NCBI GenBank assembly: GCA_965655095.1
Contig: OZ296648.1
Location: 104,718,001 to 104,782,000, forward strand
Source of the DNA: Haplodiscus bocki
Taxonomy: Eukaryota
DNA: 64,000 nt
Direction of reading: 5' to 3'
Shown: positions 27,301 through 39,540 of the stretch, piece by piece
Layout: every line of letters starts with the position of its first letter
How positions within the stretch are numbered: position 1 is the stretch's first letter
The notes under the pieces: model-generated
The model's database searches: none
Seen by the model: only the letters and a program-made list of their open reading frames with translations
What the model was told of the DNA's origin: nothing
Position numbers and translations under genes: made by a program

Positions 27301-30300
27301 AAATGGCAAAAAAATTGTGAATCTACTGGACAAAACAAAATCTAACAAAGAAAAATCTCGACTTTTCAGACTTCTGTTAAAAAAATGTGGTCGAAACGAA
27401 TTCAAATGAAAACGTTAGAAGGCAGACTTTTCGTTATGCTGTTGTGGTAACTACGACACACCAACGCACTTCATTTTCTTCGGCGAAGTTTAGCATCGCA
27501 CGCAGGCAAATTGTTCGGGAGCATAATGGATAACAGAATCAGAAGATGGATTCAAAAAAAGTCGCGCCACTAGAACTATGTATAGCAACTGATATACGAC
27601 TTGAAACTGACAAAGAAAACAAAAGACCCATGTACTGCTACCTTTTTGACCTGAAGGAAGCGTTCGACTCGACACATCATGATCTAAGTTTGTGCTGCTT
27701 TTTTGCAGAGAAGTATACGTCAAAGAACAATTCCGTTGATTGAAAACCTTCTGAAAACCAAAGAAGCTACCATTAGAGTGATTGATATCCGCGAAACAAC
27801 GTTCTACCCATCAATTGGCGTTCCCCGGGTTGATGTTTTATCTCTTTTGTTTTTCATCCAAATTTTTTGAAGGGTGTCATTGAAAAATACGAAACGAAAC
27901 AATTTAAAAAGAAACGCTGATGATAAAACAAACCTCTGTAGCCCCAGTGAAATAACTCAAAGTTTTGACGCTCCCTAATAGCTTAGCAGAAAATGTAGAC
28001 TTGTGGTTAAGGATCCCCAAACTAAACAGACGTTGTTTAATGTACTGAATACAGCTGATCAAAAGGAAACTGCTGACATTGTCAAGTTTTCAATGGACTG
28101 GTTGGAACGAAACTTGAAACTGAAGAACCCCGTTGATCAGTTGAAAACTCCAAATGTCTTCACAAGGAACACTTTTAAATGCATACTGAAACAACCAATC
28201 AATCCAAATTCTCGATTGAAACTATTCAAGTTACGTATTCGACCAACATTGGATTTTAGTGATAAAGTATGGTACAACAGCAACCCATCATTTTTAATTG
28301 GTCTGTGTTAGAATGCAAAAACAACCATCATATCTTCGAAAAACATCAGTTTTTATAAACTTTTTAATCTTACAACACTCGACTTTTGTTCACCATAGAG
28401 AGTGTATTTTTTGAAAACATGTCAACGTATCTGACTTCTGTAGACTGTGCCCGTTCTTTGAATCTAGTAAATCTGGATAGGCGTATCAATGTTTACCGAA
28501 ATCTTCAACGGATTTCATATGTGAGTTATGAACAGGCAAGAATGGATTGCATGAAAGACTTCATAAACTTTGTTCAAGCAAGAACTGAGGCAACCTCAAA
28601 AATCTCAACCGAAATTACTCTCACCACACACGGCAATGTGAGACAGATTCAAAATTAGCGCTATCAGATTAAGCTGGAATGAAGAATGGCAAAAAATTGT
28701 GAATCTACTGGACAAAACAAAATCTAACAAAGAAAAATCTCGACTTTTCAGACTTCTGTTAAAAAAATGTGGTCGAAACGAATTCAAATGAAAACGTTAG
28801 AAGGCAGACTTTTCGTTATGCTGTTGTGGTAAATGCGACACACCAACGCACTTCATTTTCTTCGGCGAAGTTTAGCATTGCACGCAGGCAAATTGTTCGG
28901 GAGCATAATGGATAACAGAATCAGAAGATGGATTCAAAAAAAGTCGCGCCACTAGAACTATGTATAGGAACTGATATACGACTTGAAACTGACAAAGAAA
29001 ACAAAAGACCCATGTATTGCTACCTTTTTGACCTGAAGAAAGCGTTCGACTCGACACATCATGATCTAATTTTGTGCTGCTTTTTTGCAGAGAAGTATAC
29101 GTCAAAGAACAATTCCGTTGACTGAAAACCTTCTGAAAACCAAAGAAGCTACCATTAGAGTGATTGATATCCGCGAAACAACGTTCTACCCATCAATTGG
29201 CGTTCCCCGGGTTGATGTTTTATCTCTTTTGTTTTTCATCCAATTTTTTGAAGGGTGTCATTGAAAAATACGAAACGAAACAATTTAAAAAGAAACGCTG
29301 ATGATAAAACAAACCTCTGTAGCCCCAGTGAAATAACTCAAAGTTTTGACGCTCCCTAATAGCTTAGCAGAAAATGTAGACTTGTGGTTAAGGATCCCCA
29401 AACTAAACAGACGTTGTTTAATGTACTGAATACAGCTGATCAAAAGGAAACTGCTGACATTGTCAAGTTTTCAGTGGACTGGTTGGAACGAAACTTGAAA
29501 CTGAAGAACCCCGTTGATCAGTTGAAAACTCCAAATGTCTTCACAAGGAACACTTTTAAATGCATACTGAAACAACCAATCAATCCAAATTCTCGATTGA
29601 AACTATTCAAGATACGTATTCGACCAACATTGGATTTTAGTGATAAAGTATGGTACAACAGCAACCCATCATTTTTAATTGGTCTGTGTTAGAATGCAAA
29701 AACAACCATCATATCTTCGAAAAACATCAGGTTTTATAAACTTTTTAATCTTACAACACTCGACTTTTGTTCACCATAGAGAGTGTATTTTTTGAAAACA
29801 TGTCAACGTATCTGACTTCTGTAGACTGTGCCCGTTCTTTGAATCTAGTAAATCTGGATAGGCGTATCATTGTTTACCGAAATCTTCACCGGATTTCATA
29901 TGTGAGTTATGAACAGGCAAGAATGGATTGCATGAAAGACTTCATAAACTTTGTTCAAGCAAGAACTGAGACAACCTCAAAAATCTCAACCGAAATTACT
30001 CTCACCACACACGGCAATGTGAGACAGATTCAAAATTAGCGCTATCAGATTAAGCTGGAATGAAAAATGGCAAAAAATTGTGAATCTACTGGACAAAACA
30101 AAATCTAACAAAGAAAAATCTCGACTTTTCAGACTTCTGTTAAAAAAATGTGGTCGAAACGAATTCAAATGAAAACGTTAGAAGGCAGACTTTTCGTTAT
30201 GCTGTTGTGGTAAATACGACACACCAACGCACTTCATTTTCTTCGGCGAAGTTTAGCATCGCACGCAGGCAAATTGTTCGGGAGCATAATGGATAACAGA

Positions 30301-32700
30301 ATCAGAAGATGGATTCAAAAAAAGTCGCGCCACTAGAACTATGTATAGCAACTGATATACGACTTGAAACTGACAAAGAAAACAAAAGACCCATGTATTG
30401 CTGCGTTTTTGACCTGAAGAAAGCGTTCGACTCGACACATCATGATCTAAGTTTGTGCTGCTTTTTTGCAGAGAAGTATACGTCAAAGAACAATTCCGTT
30501 GACTGAAAACCTTCTGAAAACCAAAGAAGCTACCATTAGAGTGATTGATATCCGCGAAACAAAGTTCTACCCATCAATTGGCGTTCCCCGGGTTGATGTT
30601 TTATCTCTTTTGTTTTTCATCCAATTTTTTGAAGGGTGTCATTGAAAAATACGAAACGAAACAATTTAAAAAGAAACGCTGATGATAAAACAAACCTCTG
30701 TAGCCCCAGTGAAATAACTCAAAGTTTTGACGCTCCCTAATAGCTTAGCAGAAAATGTAGACTTGTGGTTAAGGATCCCCAAACTAAACAGACGTTGTTT
30801 AATGTACTGAATACAGCTGATCAAAAGGAAACTGCTGACATTGTCAAGTTTTCAGTGGACTGGTTGGAACGAAACTTGAAACTGAAGAACCCCGTTGATC
30901 AGTTGAAAACTCCAAATGTCTTCACAAGGAACACTTTTAAATGCATACTGAAACAACCAATCAATCCAAATTCTCGATTGAAACTATTCAAGATACGTAT
31001 TCGACCAACATTGGATTTTAGTGATAAAGTATGGTACAACAGCAACCCATCATTTTTAATTGGTCTGTGTTAGAATGCAAAAACAACCATCATATCTTCG
31101 AAAAACATCAGTTTTTATAAACTTTTTAATCTTACAACACTCGACTTTTGTTCACCATAGAGAGTGTCTTTTTTGAAAACATGTCAACGTATCTGACTTC
31201 TGTAGACTGTGCCCGTTCTTTGAATCTAGTAAATCTGGATAGGCGTATCATTGTTTACCGAAATCTTCACCGGATTTCATATGTGAGTTATGAACAGGCA
31301 AGAATGGATTGCATGAAAGACTTCATAAACTTTGTTCCAGCAAGAACTGAGGCAACCTCAAAAATCTCAACCGAAATTACTCTCACCACACACGGCAATG
31401 TGAGACAGATTCAAAATTAGCGCTATCAGATTAAGCTGGAATGAAAAATGGCAAAAAATTGTGAATCTGCTGGACAAAACAAAATCTAACAAAGAAAAAT
31501 CTCGACTTTTCAGACTTCTGTTAAAAAAATGTGGTCGAAACGAATTCAAATGAAAACGTTAGAAGGCAGACTTTTCGTTATGCTGTTGTGGTAAATACGA
31601 CACACCAACGCACTTCATTTTCTTCGGCGAAGTTTAGCATCGCACGCAGGCAAATTGTTCGGGAGCATAATGGATAACAGAATCAGAAGATGGATTCAAA
31701 AAAAGTCGCGCCACTAGAACTATGTATAGCAACTGATATACGACTTGAAACTGACAAAGAAAACAAAAGACCCATGTATTGCTACCTTTTTGACCTGAAG
31801 AAAGCGTTCGACTCGACACATCATGATCTAATTTTGTGCTGCTTTTTTGCAGAGAAGTATACGTCAAAGAACAATTCCGTTGACTGAAAACCTTCTGAAA
31901 ACCAAAGAAGCTACCATTAGAGTGATTGATATCCGCGAAACAACGTTCTACCCATCAATTGGCGTTCCCCGGGTTGATGTTTTATCTCTTTTGTTTTTCA
32001 TCCAATTTTTTGAAGGGTGTCATTGAAAAATACGAAACGAAACAATTTAAAAAGAAACGCTGATGATAAAACAAACCTCTGTAGCCCCAGTGAAATACCT
32101 CAAGTTTTGACGCTCCCTAATACCTTAGCAGAAAATGTAGACTTGTGGTTAAGGATCCCCAAACTAAACAGACGTTGTTTAATGTACTGAATACAGCTGA
32201 TCAAAAGGAAACTGCTGACATTGTCAAGTTTTCAATGGACTGGTTGGAACGAAACTTGAAACTGAAGAACCCCGTTGATCAGTTGAAAACTCCAAATGTC
32301 TTCACAAGGAACACTTTTAAATGCATACTGAAACAACCAATCAATCCAAATTCTCGATTGAAACTATTCAAGTTACGTATTGGACCAACATTGGATTTTA
32401 GTGATAAAGTATGGTACAACAGCAACCCATCATTTTTAATTGGTCTGTGTTAGAATGCAAAAACAACCATCATATCTTCGAAAAACATCAGTTTTTATAA
32501 ATTTTTTAATCTTACAACACTCGACTTTTGTTCACCATAGACAGTGTATTTTTTGAAAACATGTCAACGTATCTGACTTCTGTAGACTGTGCCCGTTCTT
32601 TGAATCTAGTAAATCTGGATAGGCGTATCATTGTTTACCGAAATCTTCACCGGATTTCATATGTGAGTTATGAACAGGCAAGAATGGATTGCATGAAAGA
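27300..32700 (+). repeat. Block D: four near-identical monomers, period 1,380-1,381 bp
   Basis: ORFs at 28003/29384/30765/32145 and 28386/29767/31148/32528 have almost identical translations. Confidence 0.93.
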
Positions 32701-34638
32701 CTTCATAAACTTTGTTCAAGCAAAAACTGAGGCAACCTCAAAAATCTCAACCAAAATTACTCTCACTACACCCGGGAATGTGAGACAGATTCAAAATAAG
32801 CACTATCAGATTACTGTGGAATAAAAAAAGGGATAAAACTGTGAATCTACTGGACAAAACAAAATCCAACAAAGAACAATCTCGACTTTTCAGATTTCTG
32901 TTGAAAAAAAGTGGTCGAAACGAATTCAAATGAAAACGTTAGAAGGCAGAATTTTGTTATGCTGTTGTGGTAAGTACGATACTCCAACGCACTTCATTTT
33001 CTTCGGCGAAGTTTATCATCGCTCGCAGGCAAAATGTTGGGGAGGATATTGGATAACAGAATCAAAAAACGGTTTCAAAAAAAGTCGCGCCACTACAACT
33101 ATGTATAGCAACTGATATACGACTTGAAACTGAGAAACAAAACAAAAGACCCATGTATTGCTACTTTTTTCACCTGGAGAAAGCGTTCGACTCAATATAT
33201 CATGACCTAACTTTGTGCTGCTCATTGGAGAGAAGTATACGGCGTAGAACAATTCCATAGTCTGAAAACCTTCTGAAATCAAGAGAAGCTATCATCAGGG
33301 CGATTGATAATCGGGAAACAACGTTCGACACATCAATTGGCGTTCCCCGGCGTGATGTTTTATCTCTTTTGTTTTTCATCTTTTTTCTGAAGGGTGTCAT
33401 TGAAAAATACGAAACGAAACAAATGAAAAAAACAAACGATGATGATAATACCAACCTCTGTAGCCCCAGTGAAATAACCCAAAAATTTGACGCTCCATAA
33501 GAATTTAGCGGAAAAAGTAGACTTGTGAACAAGGATCCCCGAACTGAACAGATGTTGTTTAATGTACAGAATACAGCTAATCATTAGCAAACTGCTGACA
33601 TTGTCAAAGTTTCAGTGGATTGGTTGGATCGAAACTTGAAATTGAAGAGCCGCGTTGATTAGTTGAAACCTGCAAAAATCTTCACAAGGAACACTTTTAA
33701 ATGCATGCTGGAACAAGCAATCAATCCAACTTCTCGATTCAAACCATTTAAGACATGTATTCGACCTTTACTAGATTATAGTAAGAAAGTATGGTACAAC
33801 AGCAACCCATCATTTCTAGTTCCTCTGTGTTGGAATGCAAAAAAAAATATTATATCTTCCAAGAACAAAAGTTTTTATAAAGATTTTACTTTTACAACAC
33901 TCGACTTTCGTTCACCACACAGTGTATCTCCTTCGAAAACATATCAATGTATCTGACTTCTATAGACTGTGGTCGCTCTTTGAATCCAGTAAGTCTGGAT
34001 AGGCGTATCAGTGTTTGCTGAATTTGTCTTCGGAATTCATATGTGAGTTATGAACAGGCAAGAATAGATTGCATGAAAGACTTAATAAACTTTGTTCAAG
34101 CAAGAAATGAGACAATCTCAAAACTCTCAACCAAAATTGCTCTCACTATACACGGCAATGTAAGACAGATTCAAAATAAGCGCTATCAGATTACTGTGGA
34201 ATAAAAAAAGGGAAAAAATTGTGAATCTACTGGACAAACCAAAATCCAACAAAGACCAATCTCGACTTTCCAGATTTCTGTTAAGAAACGTGGTCGAAAA
34301 GAATTCAAACGAAACCGTTAGAAGGCAGAACTTTCGCTGTGCTGTTGTGGTGATTACAACACTCCATCATACTTCTTTTCTTCGGCAAAGTTAACGAAGA
34401 ATAGTTTTACTGACAAATTGAATCAAGAAAACATCGACAGATCATTGATTGCGTTGTAAAAATGCATAATTGATAGAGATATATTGGAACTAATTTTGTT
34501 TTCGAAACAGAAATCAGCATTACTGTTTCTTCTGATAGCTGAAGCACTTATATTGTCTAATAGAAACTATTAGGTTTTAGTCAAATGGAAATAAATTTGA
34601 GCAACCATGACAATAAAAGCTCTTTCTCCCCACCCCAT

Positions 34639-34646
34639 TCTCTCTT

Positions 34647-34719
<73 letters not shown>
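34639..34719. repeat. (CT)n/(GA)n microsatellite, ~80 bp
   Basis: Visible tctctctc run with a few interruptions; it produces the spurious ERER/SLSL ORFs. Confidence 0.97.
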
Positions 34720-34720
<1 letters not shown>

Positions 34721-34722
<2 letters not shown>

Positions 34723-35000
34723 CCTATGGACTTGAAAAGTGTAGTTTTGGCAACTTTGCCGAAAACGTTTGCTAGAAGGCCACAATTTTTGCACTCCGGT
34801 TCCAAAAACGATAAAAAATTATGAAATTTTTGGAAAAAAAGCCTTCAAAAAGTTCCTCTGGACAAACAAAAGCAGTTTGGACACCTGTGCCAAAAGTTTT
34901 TGCCAAAAGGACATTTTTCTTCAGCAATGTCCAGGAAGGTTGACAGAACTATTTTTTCATCAAAAAATTCGTCCTTCCTCAAATTTTTCCTCTTGAATAA
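34721..35000. repeat. Two (possibly three) degenerate copies of a ~130-bp unit
   Basis: tccctatggacttgaaaagtgtagttttggcaactttgccgaaaacgtttgctagaagg (34,721) resembles ttcctctggacaaacaaaagcagtttggacacctgtgccaaaagtttttgccaaaagg (~34,853). Confidence 0.5.
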
Positions 35001-35249
35001 AGCAATTTCCATCAGAACACAAAAGAAAGTTCTCAAAAACGTTCGCAAATAAAAATGCCTTAAAAGTTCGAGCAAAAGCATAGACACAAAATTTGATATT
35101 GAGTATTTTAAAAATGACTTTCTTCCAAATACTTGTATCTCGTGAAAGTACATTTTTTTCTTATTCCGAAAAAATAAAGAGTTGATGATGTTTTTGTCTG
35201 GGACATTTACGCTATCATCTAAAAAACATCTTCGAAATCGGAGCATGGA

Positions 35250-38060
35250 AAACATCCCGGTGGTTGCCGAGTGTCTTGTTATCTTTGTTTCCAGAAACAC
35301 GTCGAATTGCGTGTTAAAATGTTGTTTCTATACAATGAACTTGAAGTTACTTGTTCTAAGATATGTTTTACGCTAAAAACTTTGAATCTTTATGATATCT
35401 AATTGAAGACGAAACTTTTTGTCAAACAAACCGTATCACGGGGTTAAGGAATATTTGGATACTTCAGGGCACAAATCTACAGGAAAAAGGTTCTCCCAAC
35501 TTGTTCGATATTCGGACGAACAACGGTGAGTACTAAATTCCCAGAAGTTATCCAATGAGAGGAGTGCAAACTGAGAAGAAACAACCAAAACATTTTGGTT
35601 AAAAGACGTGAGGTAACGCCTTTAAGCTCCATCCTCTTAAAACAATATAGTATATTGAAAGGTTCTACATAAGTTTTCATTTCGATAGCCAAAAAATCAC
35701 GTGTAACATTTTGACGAATTGTGGACTTTGAATATTTTTGTTCCCACATTTATTTGATAATTTCGTTGAAATGAATATCCTTTTCCAACTCTATTGAAAT
35801 ACACAACTAAAAATATAACTTTTTAGTTTCTGGAAGTACTTTTGTTTGAATTAACAAAACCATTACATGAGTATATTGTCACTAATTAGGTGCTGGAATA
35901 GTTTGAAAGCAAGTTGTTTTCAGCATACGACGAGCAAGTTCCAGTAAGTTCTTCATTCACAAAGTAGCATGAAATATTAGAAGAGTACAATAGGTTAGTA
36001 CCATCTGCAGAAAGAGAAGTATGATGTTTTGACATTTGTTTGGTGGATCATCAGTTTTTAAAAAAAAACAACAAAGGACCAAGTGTTGACCCCTGGGGAA
36101 CTGCGCACTTAATAGCAGCACAACAAGAGAATGCATCCCCAGATTTTACACTGTGACACCCGTTGGCATAATCTGAGCAAAACTAGTCTAGGGCAACGCC
36201 GTTAATTCCGTAATATTCTAGTTTCATCAGTAGTCGGTCGTGGTCTTTTGTATCAAATGCTTCCTTTTTGGCGAGATGAAAGGAAACAACACGCCTGTCT
36301 TTGTGCAATACCTAGTTTTTTATTTTTCGCAATAACAACATCAGTGGTCAAAACAGTAAATTCAATCCAAAAGTGTACACTTTTAAAATTCTCAGATCTA
36401 ATTAGGCAACTTTGAATGCAATTATACATAGACAGTTCACTCAGAAATGGGACAACAGAGATGGGATTTTATTTTTGAACCATCGATTTTGATTCGATCT
36501 GGGTTTTTTTATTGGTGTTTTTGTAGCAATTTTAAAGCAATGTAAGGAAACGCCTTGAAAGAGAGATTTATAAAAAAGAACCAACAGGGTTGTGCTAAAA
36601 CATGTGCGCGAGCGTTCAAAACAAAAATTGATTTTTCATCCTTGCTAGTTGCTTTTTTTTCATTATCAAGCTCTTTTTTTTAGAATGTATTTTTTTCCAT
36701 CACTTCAAACTCGTAAAAAAACGGCTCTTCATTTATTTGTTATGCTCGCAGTAAGCAATCCATCAGAAAATGATTGAAAATAAGGTGAATTAATAATTTT
36801 TTTGTATTTCAACACCTATGGAAGGAAAAACGTCATTAAACAAATCAGCACAACTTTGTCCATTTCCTAATCGAACAAAAGAAAAAATTTTAAATTCGAT
36901 CTAGCAGTTGATGGTTCTTGTCCACTCGTTTTGGAGAAAAGTTTGAAACGCAGACAATTGATTTTCATGAGCTATGTCAACTTTTTAAAAAAGTGAAGCT
37001 TCCTCTCAACTCGAATAGCATTGGCAAATTCAATTCTCGACTCTTTTGTATTTGTTCAATCTAAAATCATTTGGAGAAGCGGTTAGGTCATGATAGAGAC
37101 GATTTCTCCTTTTGAGAATGTATTTGATATTTTTATCAAATCAAGAACAGAATTTCTGTTTATTCTTTACTTCAGTGCACTTTGTATTTTCAGCAATTGT
37201 TTGTTTGAGAATATTTATTAATTAGTTGATATCGTCGATAAGACAGGCACTCGGGAAAAAAAGTAATTTCTGTTCGAAGACATTGAAGTTTTGAGTGTTT
37301 TCAACAGAGTTGTAGAGAAACGGAGAAAAATTTCAGAATTTTTCGAATGATCTCTCCAAACGGTACGGGACGTGTATAGCACAATGATTGGTGATGTCAA
37401 CGAGTTCGTTTTAACTGATAAGGTTTGAAGAGCTTTTGTTGTGTTTCACGTGATCAGAAAGAGTTTTCTGGAGCTTTAGTCGGACGACTTGGCGTAGCTG
37501 TGTGCGTACATCCGTTTTGGGTTGAAACAGGATTTAAATAATCCACTCTTTTAGAACTTCCCGAAAGAAAAGTGTTGAAATCTGCATTTATTGTACATTG
37601 ACAGTTCATGTATTGAACATTCGTCAAGGTATTTATCAAATTGCAGTAGAAAACTTTTATTCAAAGACCAAGGAGACAGGCAAACTCAAAAGACTAAAGC
37701 GTGTTGTTCATTGAAACAATGAATAGTCAATTTATTGAATGTGCTACACGCGTTTTCAGTTTTCTCGAAGGAAATGCTTTGATGAATGAACATAGCGAGT
37801 CCGTTACATTTATATTATTAAACAGAATTAATTAGATAGCCGTCTTTCAATTTTATCAGCTCGAATGGTTGATCACTGGAGAGCCACATCTTGAAAAAAA
37901 AATTTGCTAGGTTTTCATTGATATTTGTCTTATAAGTGTTATAGGACATCAAAACATTACTGAATGAACGTTTTTCCATGGAAAGTGTATGAGCTTCAGA
38001 TTGCCCCTTCAAAAACTTCCGTTGAAGAGGTACTCTGTGTTTCAAATGATTTTTTTTGAA
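35250..38060 (-). pseudogene. LINE ORF2 remnant (AP endonuclease + reverse transcriptase)
   Basis: Minus strand APE-like motifs: KMWLSS (ETWL, ~37,890), NGLAMFI (GGVA, ~37,800), INADFN (GDFN, ~37,585), TPSRPT, VDITNHC (SDH, ~37,390). RT motifs: NPISVVP (RPIS, ~36,460), HLAKKEAFDTKDHDRLLMKLEYYGING (~36,200-36,280), CAVPQGSTLGPLLF (~36,070-36,108), SADGTNL (FADDT, ~36,000), KTYVEP (~35,665). Confidence 0.88.
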
Positions 38061-38129
38061 GGTCCAACTTCAAAAAAGGACTGATACAACCAATAAACAT
38101 TAACTTAACCCATTCATAGAGTTTTTACA

Positions 38130-38720
38130 GAGCAACATACACCTGTTCATTCGCATCATTCAAATAAACAATTATTTTCTCTTCTACAGAAGTAGAAATT
38201 GCCAGTCCCTCTTTTGATTTAAATTAATGGAGCAATTTACCTCTGAGTGATGTAATGTCATCATTAAAATATACTTCCCAACAGTTTCCTTTCAAATTTT
38301 TTGTTGGCAATTACGTTGTTTCATGTGGCGTCTCACAAACATTGCAATGATGTTGTTTGGTCCCGGTTATCAAATCGGTTGTCTGTGGCCGACGCTTCTG
38401 TCTTCTTTGGTGATAGCAAAACTTGCCTTTTGTGCAACATCAACCAGCTTTTGGTACACAGCCTCTCCAGACACATCAAACACATTTCAATCCTCACATT
38501 TTGTCGCCGACCATTTTTTCAGAAGCCCCGCTTTAAACATCCCCTTGAGAGGGATACATCATTCTTTGTAGGTCCACTCAGTGGACTCAATGGTTTCGCA
38601 CTTGGTTCACCACTGAGCAGGGCTCGCCGTCATCGTCAGTACTGTTACACTTCGTGAGATGCATTCTGTCACCGTCAGCATCCGACTTGTTGAGAAAGAT
38701 TTTTTGTCCTGCTAACGGGG
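38130..38720 (-). pseudogene. LINE ORF1 remnant (RRM/CTD type)
   Basis: Minus strand, across frameshifts: GRRQNVRI, GEAVYQKLVDVAQKASFAITKEDRSVGHR, GPNNIIAMFVRR, VYFNDDITSLRGKLL. This fits the R(R)xNxxI / DIxxxHR / PxxIIxKF / VYINxDLT pattern of LINE ORF1 proteins. Confidence 0.75.
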
Positions 38721-39099
38721 AAAATCACAACCTCTTTATTAGGTTTATCACAAATTTTAGGTTTTTTATCATAACGCTAGGTCTCAATTTGACTCAAAAC
38801 GTTCGAATCCTATCACTTCTAATTCACCGTTTGAGTGTCTAGATTTTGTATTAGGTTGCTATATTTGCCCCAGTTTTTTTATAAGTAATTTGAGTCAACG
38901 AGGAGCTCAGTATTTACAGTTTTGGATTTTTGAGCCTCAGATTCAATTGTCAGTTGCTTAACTTTTGAGGAAAAAAAAACAAAAATGTGAGGAGCATATC
39001 ACCCGTTGATCATCATCAGTTGCTTCGAAGAAAAATTGGAAGTTAGAAAAAAACGCTAAAGTTAGCAAACATTTATATACAGAGTGGAGATAGAAAGTA

Positions 39100-39540
39100 T
39101 CAAAGAAAGACAATCTTGTTTGAGCAGAAGGTGCGGATTCCGAGCATCATAACGATGATAGGCCTTGTTTGTTTCATGTAAATTCCTTCCAATCTCAAGA
39201 GGATCGAAATATCAGATTTTGAATCGAAGACTGAAGCATTTTCCTCTGTGAGTTTATGCTCAAAAAGTCGAAAATTACAGTTGTCAGGCGTTTTACTGAT
39301 CCCTTGATCTTTCAAGGCGCGTTGATAGGTGTCCAATACTTTGTTGGAAGAAGGTACTAGCACATGCTGGACACATTAGGGCATAAACGACTCAACTTCT
39401 AGGAAAAGTAGGGTTCATGGTCTTGAGATAGTAAAGTTTGTTTCTAGTTTTTGGGGGAGAGGAATAAAATGCAGAGCCTTGTAGTTGCTTGTCCTTTTTT
39501 CTATGAAATCTTGCTCAACATTCTTCCTGTTTTCGACAAA
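39100..39540 (-). pseudogene. Penelope-like element GIY-YIG endonuclease remnant (3' part of the split PLE ORF)
   Basis: Minus strand: FVENRKNV...QKLET.. KLYYLKTMNPTFPRS*VVYALMCPACASTFFQQSIGHLSTRLE, then KTP..LTEENASVFDS..LLRLEGIYMKQTRPII. This matches the PLE VVY-x3-C-x2-C-x3-YVGQT-x-R-x-L-x2-R and LE-x3-I-x4-P-x-(L/I)N pattern. Confidence 0.8.

Larger units (their letters stand above)
1..34392 (+). repeat. Tandem macrosatellite, ~25 head-to-tail monomers of ~1,372-1,387 bp, derived from a LINE reverse-transcriptase domain; continues off the left edge
   Basis: The anchor ttgga(t/a)(c/g)gaaacttgaaa recurs at 559, 1934, 3307, 4683, 6056, 7432, 8808, 10187, 11561, 12940, 14314, 15693, 17065, 18445, 19827, 21214, 22591, 23965, 25353, 26727, 28102, 29483, 30864, 32244 and 33624 (mean spacing ~1,378 bp). 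The same ORF fragments recur with this period. Similarity stops at ...ttcggcaaagtt near 34,392. Confidence 0.98.
35250..38800 (-). mobile_element. Decayed near-full-length LINE (CR1/L2-group-like): ORF1 plus APE-RT ORF2
   Basis: ORF1, APE and RT remnants are collinear on the minus strand (see the next two features). Boundaries are approximate. Confidence 0.85.

Noticed and set aside
1-34392. Tandem family of functional small genes, or a bacterial RT-linked system (retron, DGR, CRISPR-RT)
   Set aside because: The ORFs are frameshifted pieces of one non-LTR RT with different stops in different monomers. There are no unique spacers, cas genes or operon structure, and the context is eukaryotic TEs.
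1-34392. Telomeric retrotransposon array (HeT-A/TART-like) or site-specific LINE tandem insertions
   Set aside because: Monomers have constant length and junctions, lack poly(A), ORF1 and UTRs, and show higher-order duplication, which fits DNA-level amplification.
1-34392. Pure assembly artefact
   Set aside because: Monomers and even higher-order copies carry distinct substitutions in a structured pattern. The exact copy number still needs read support.
34570-34824. ER-rich and SL-rich ORFs
   Set aside because: These are translations of the (CT)n microsatellite.
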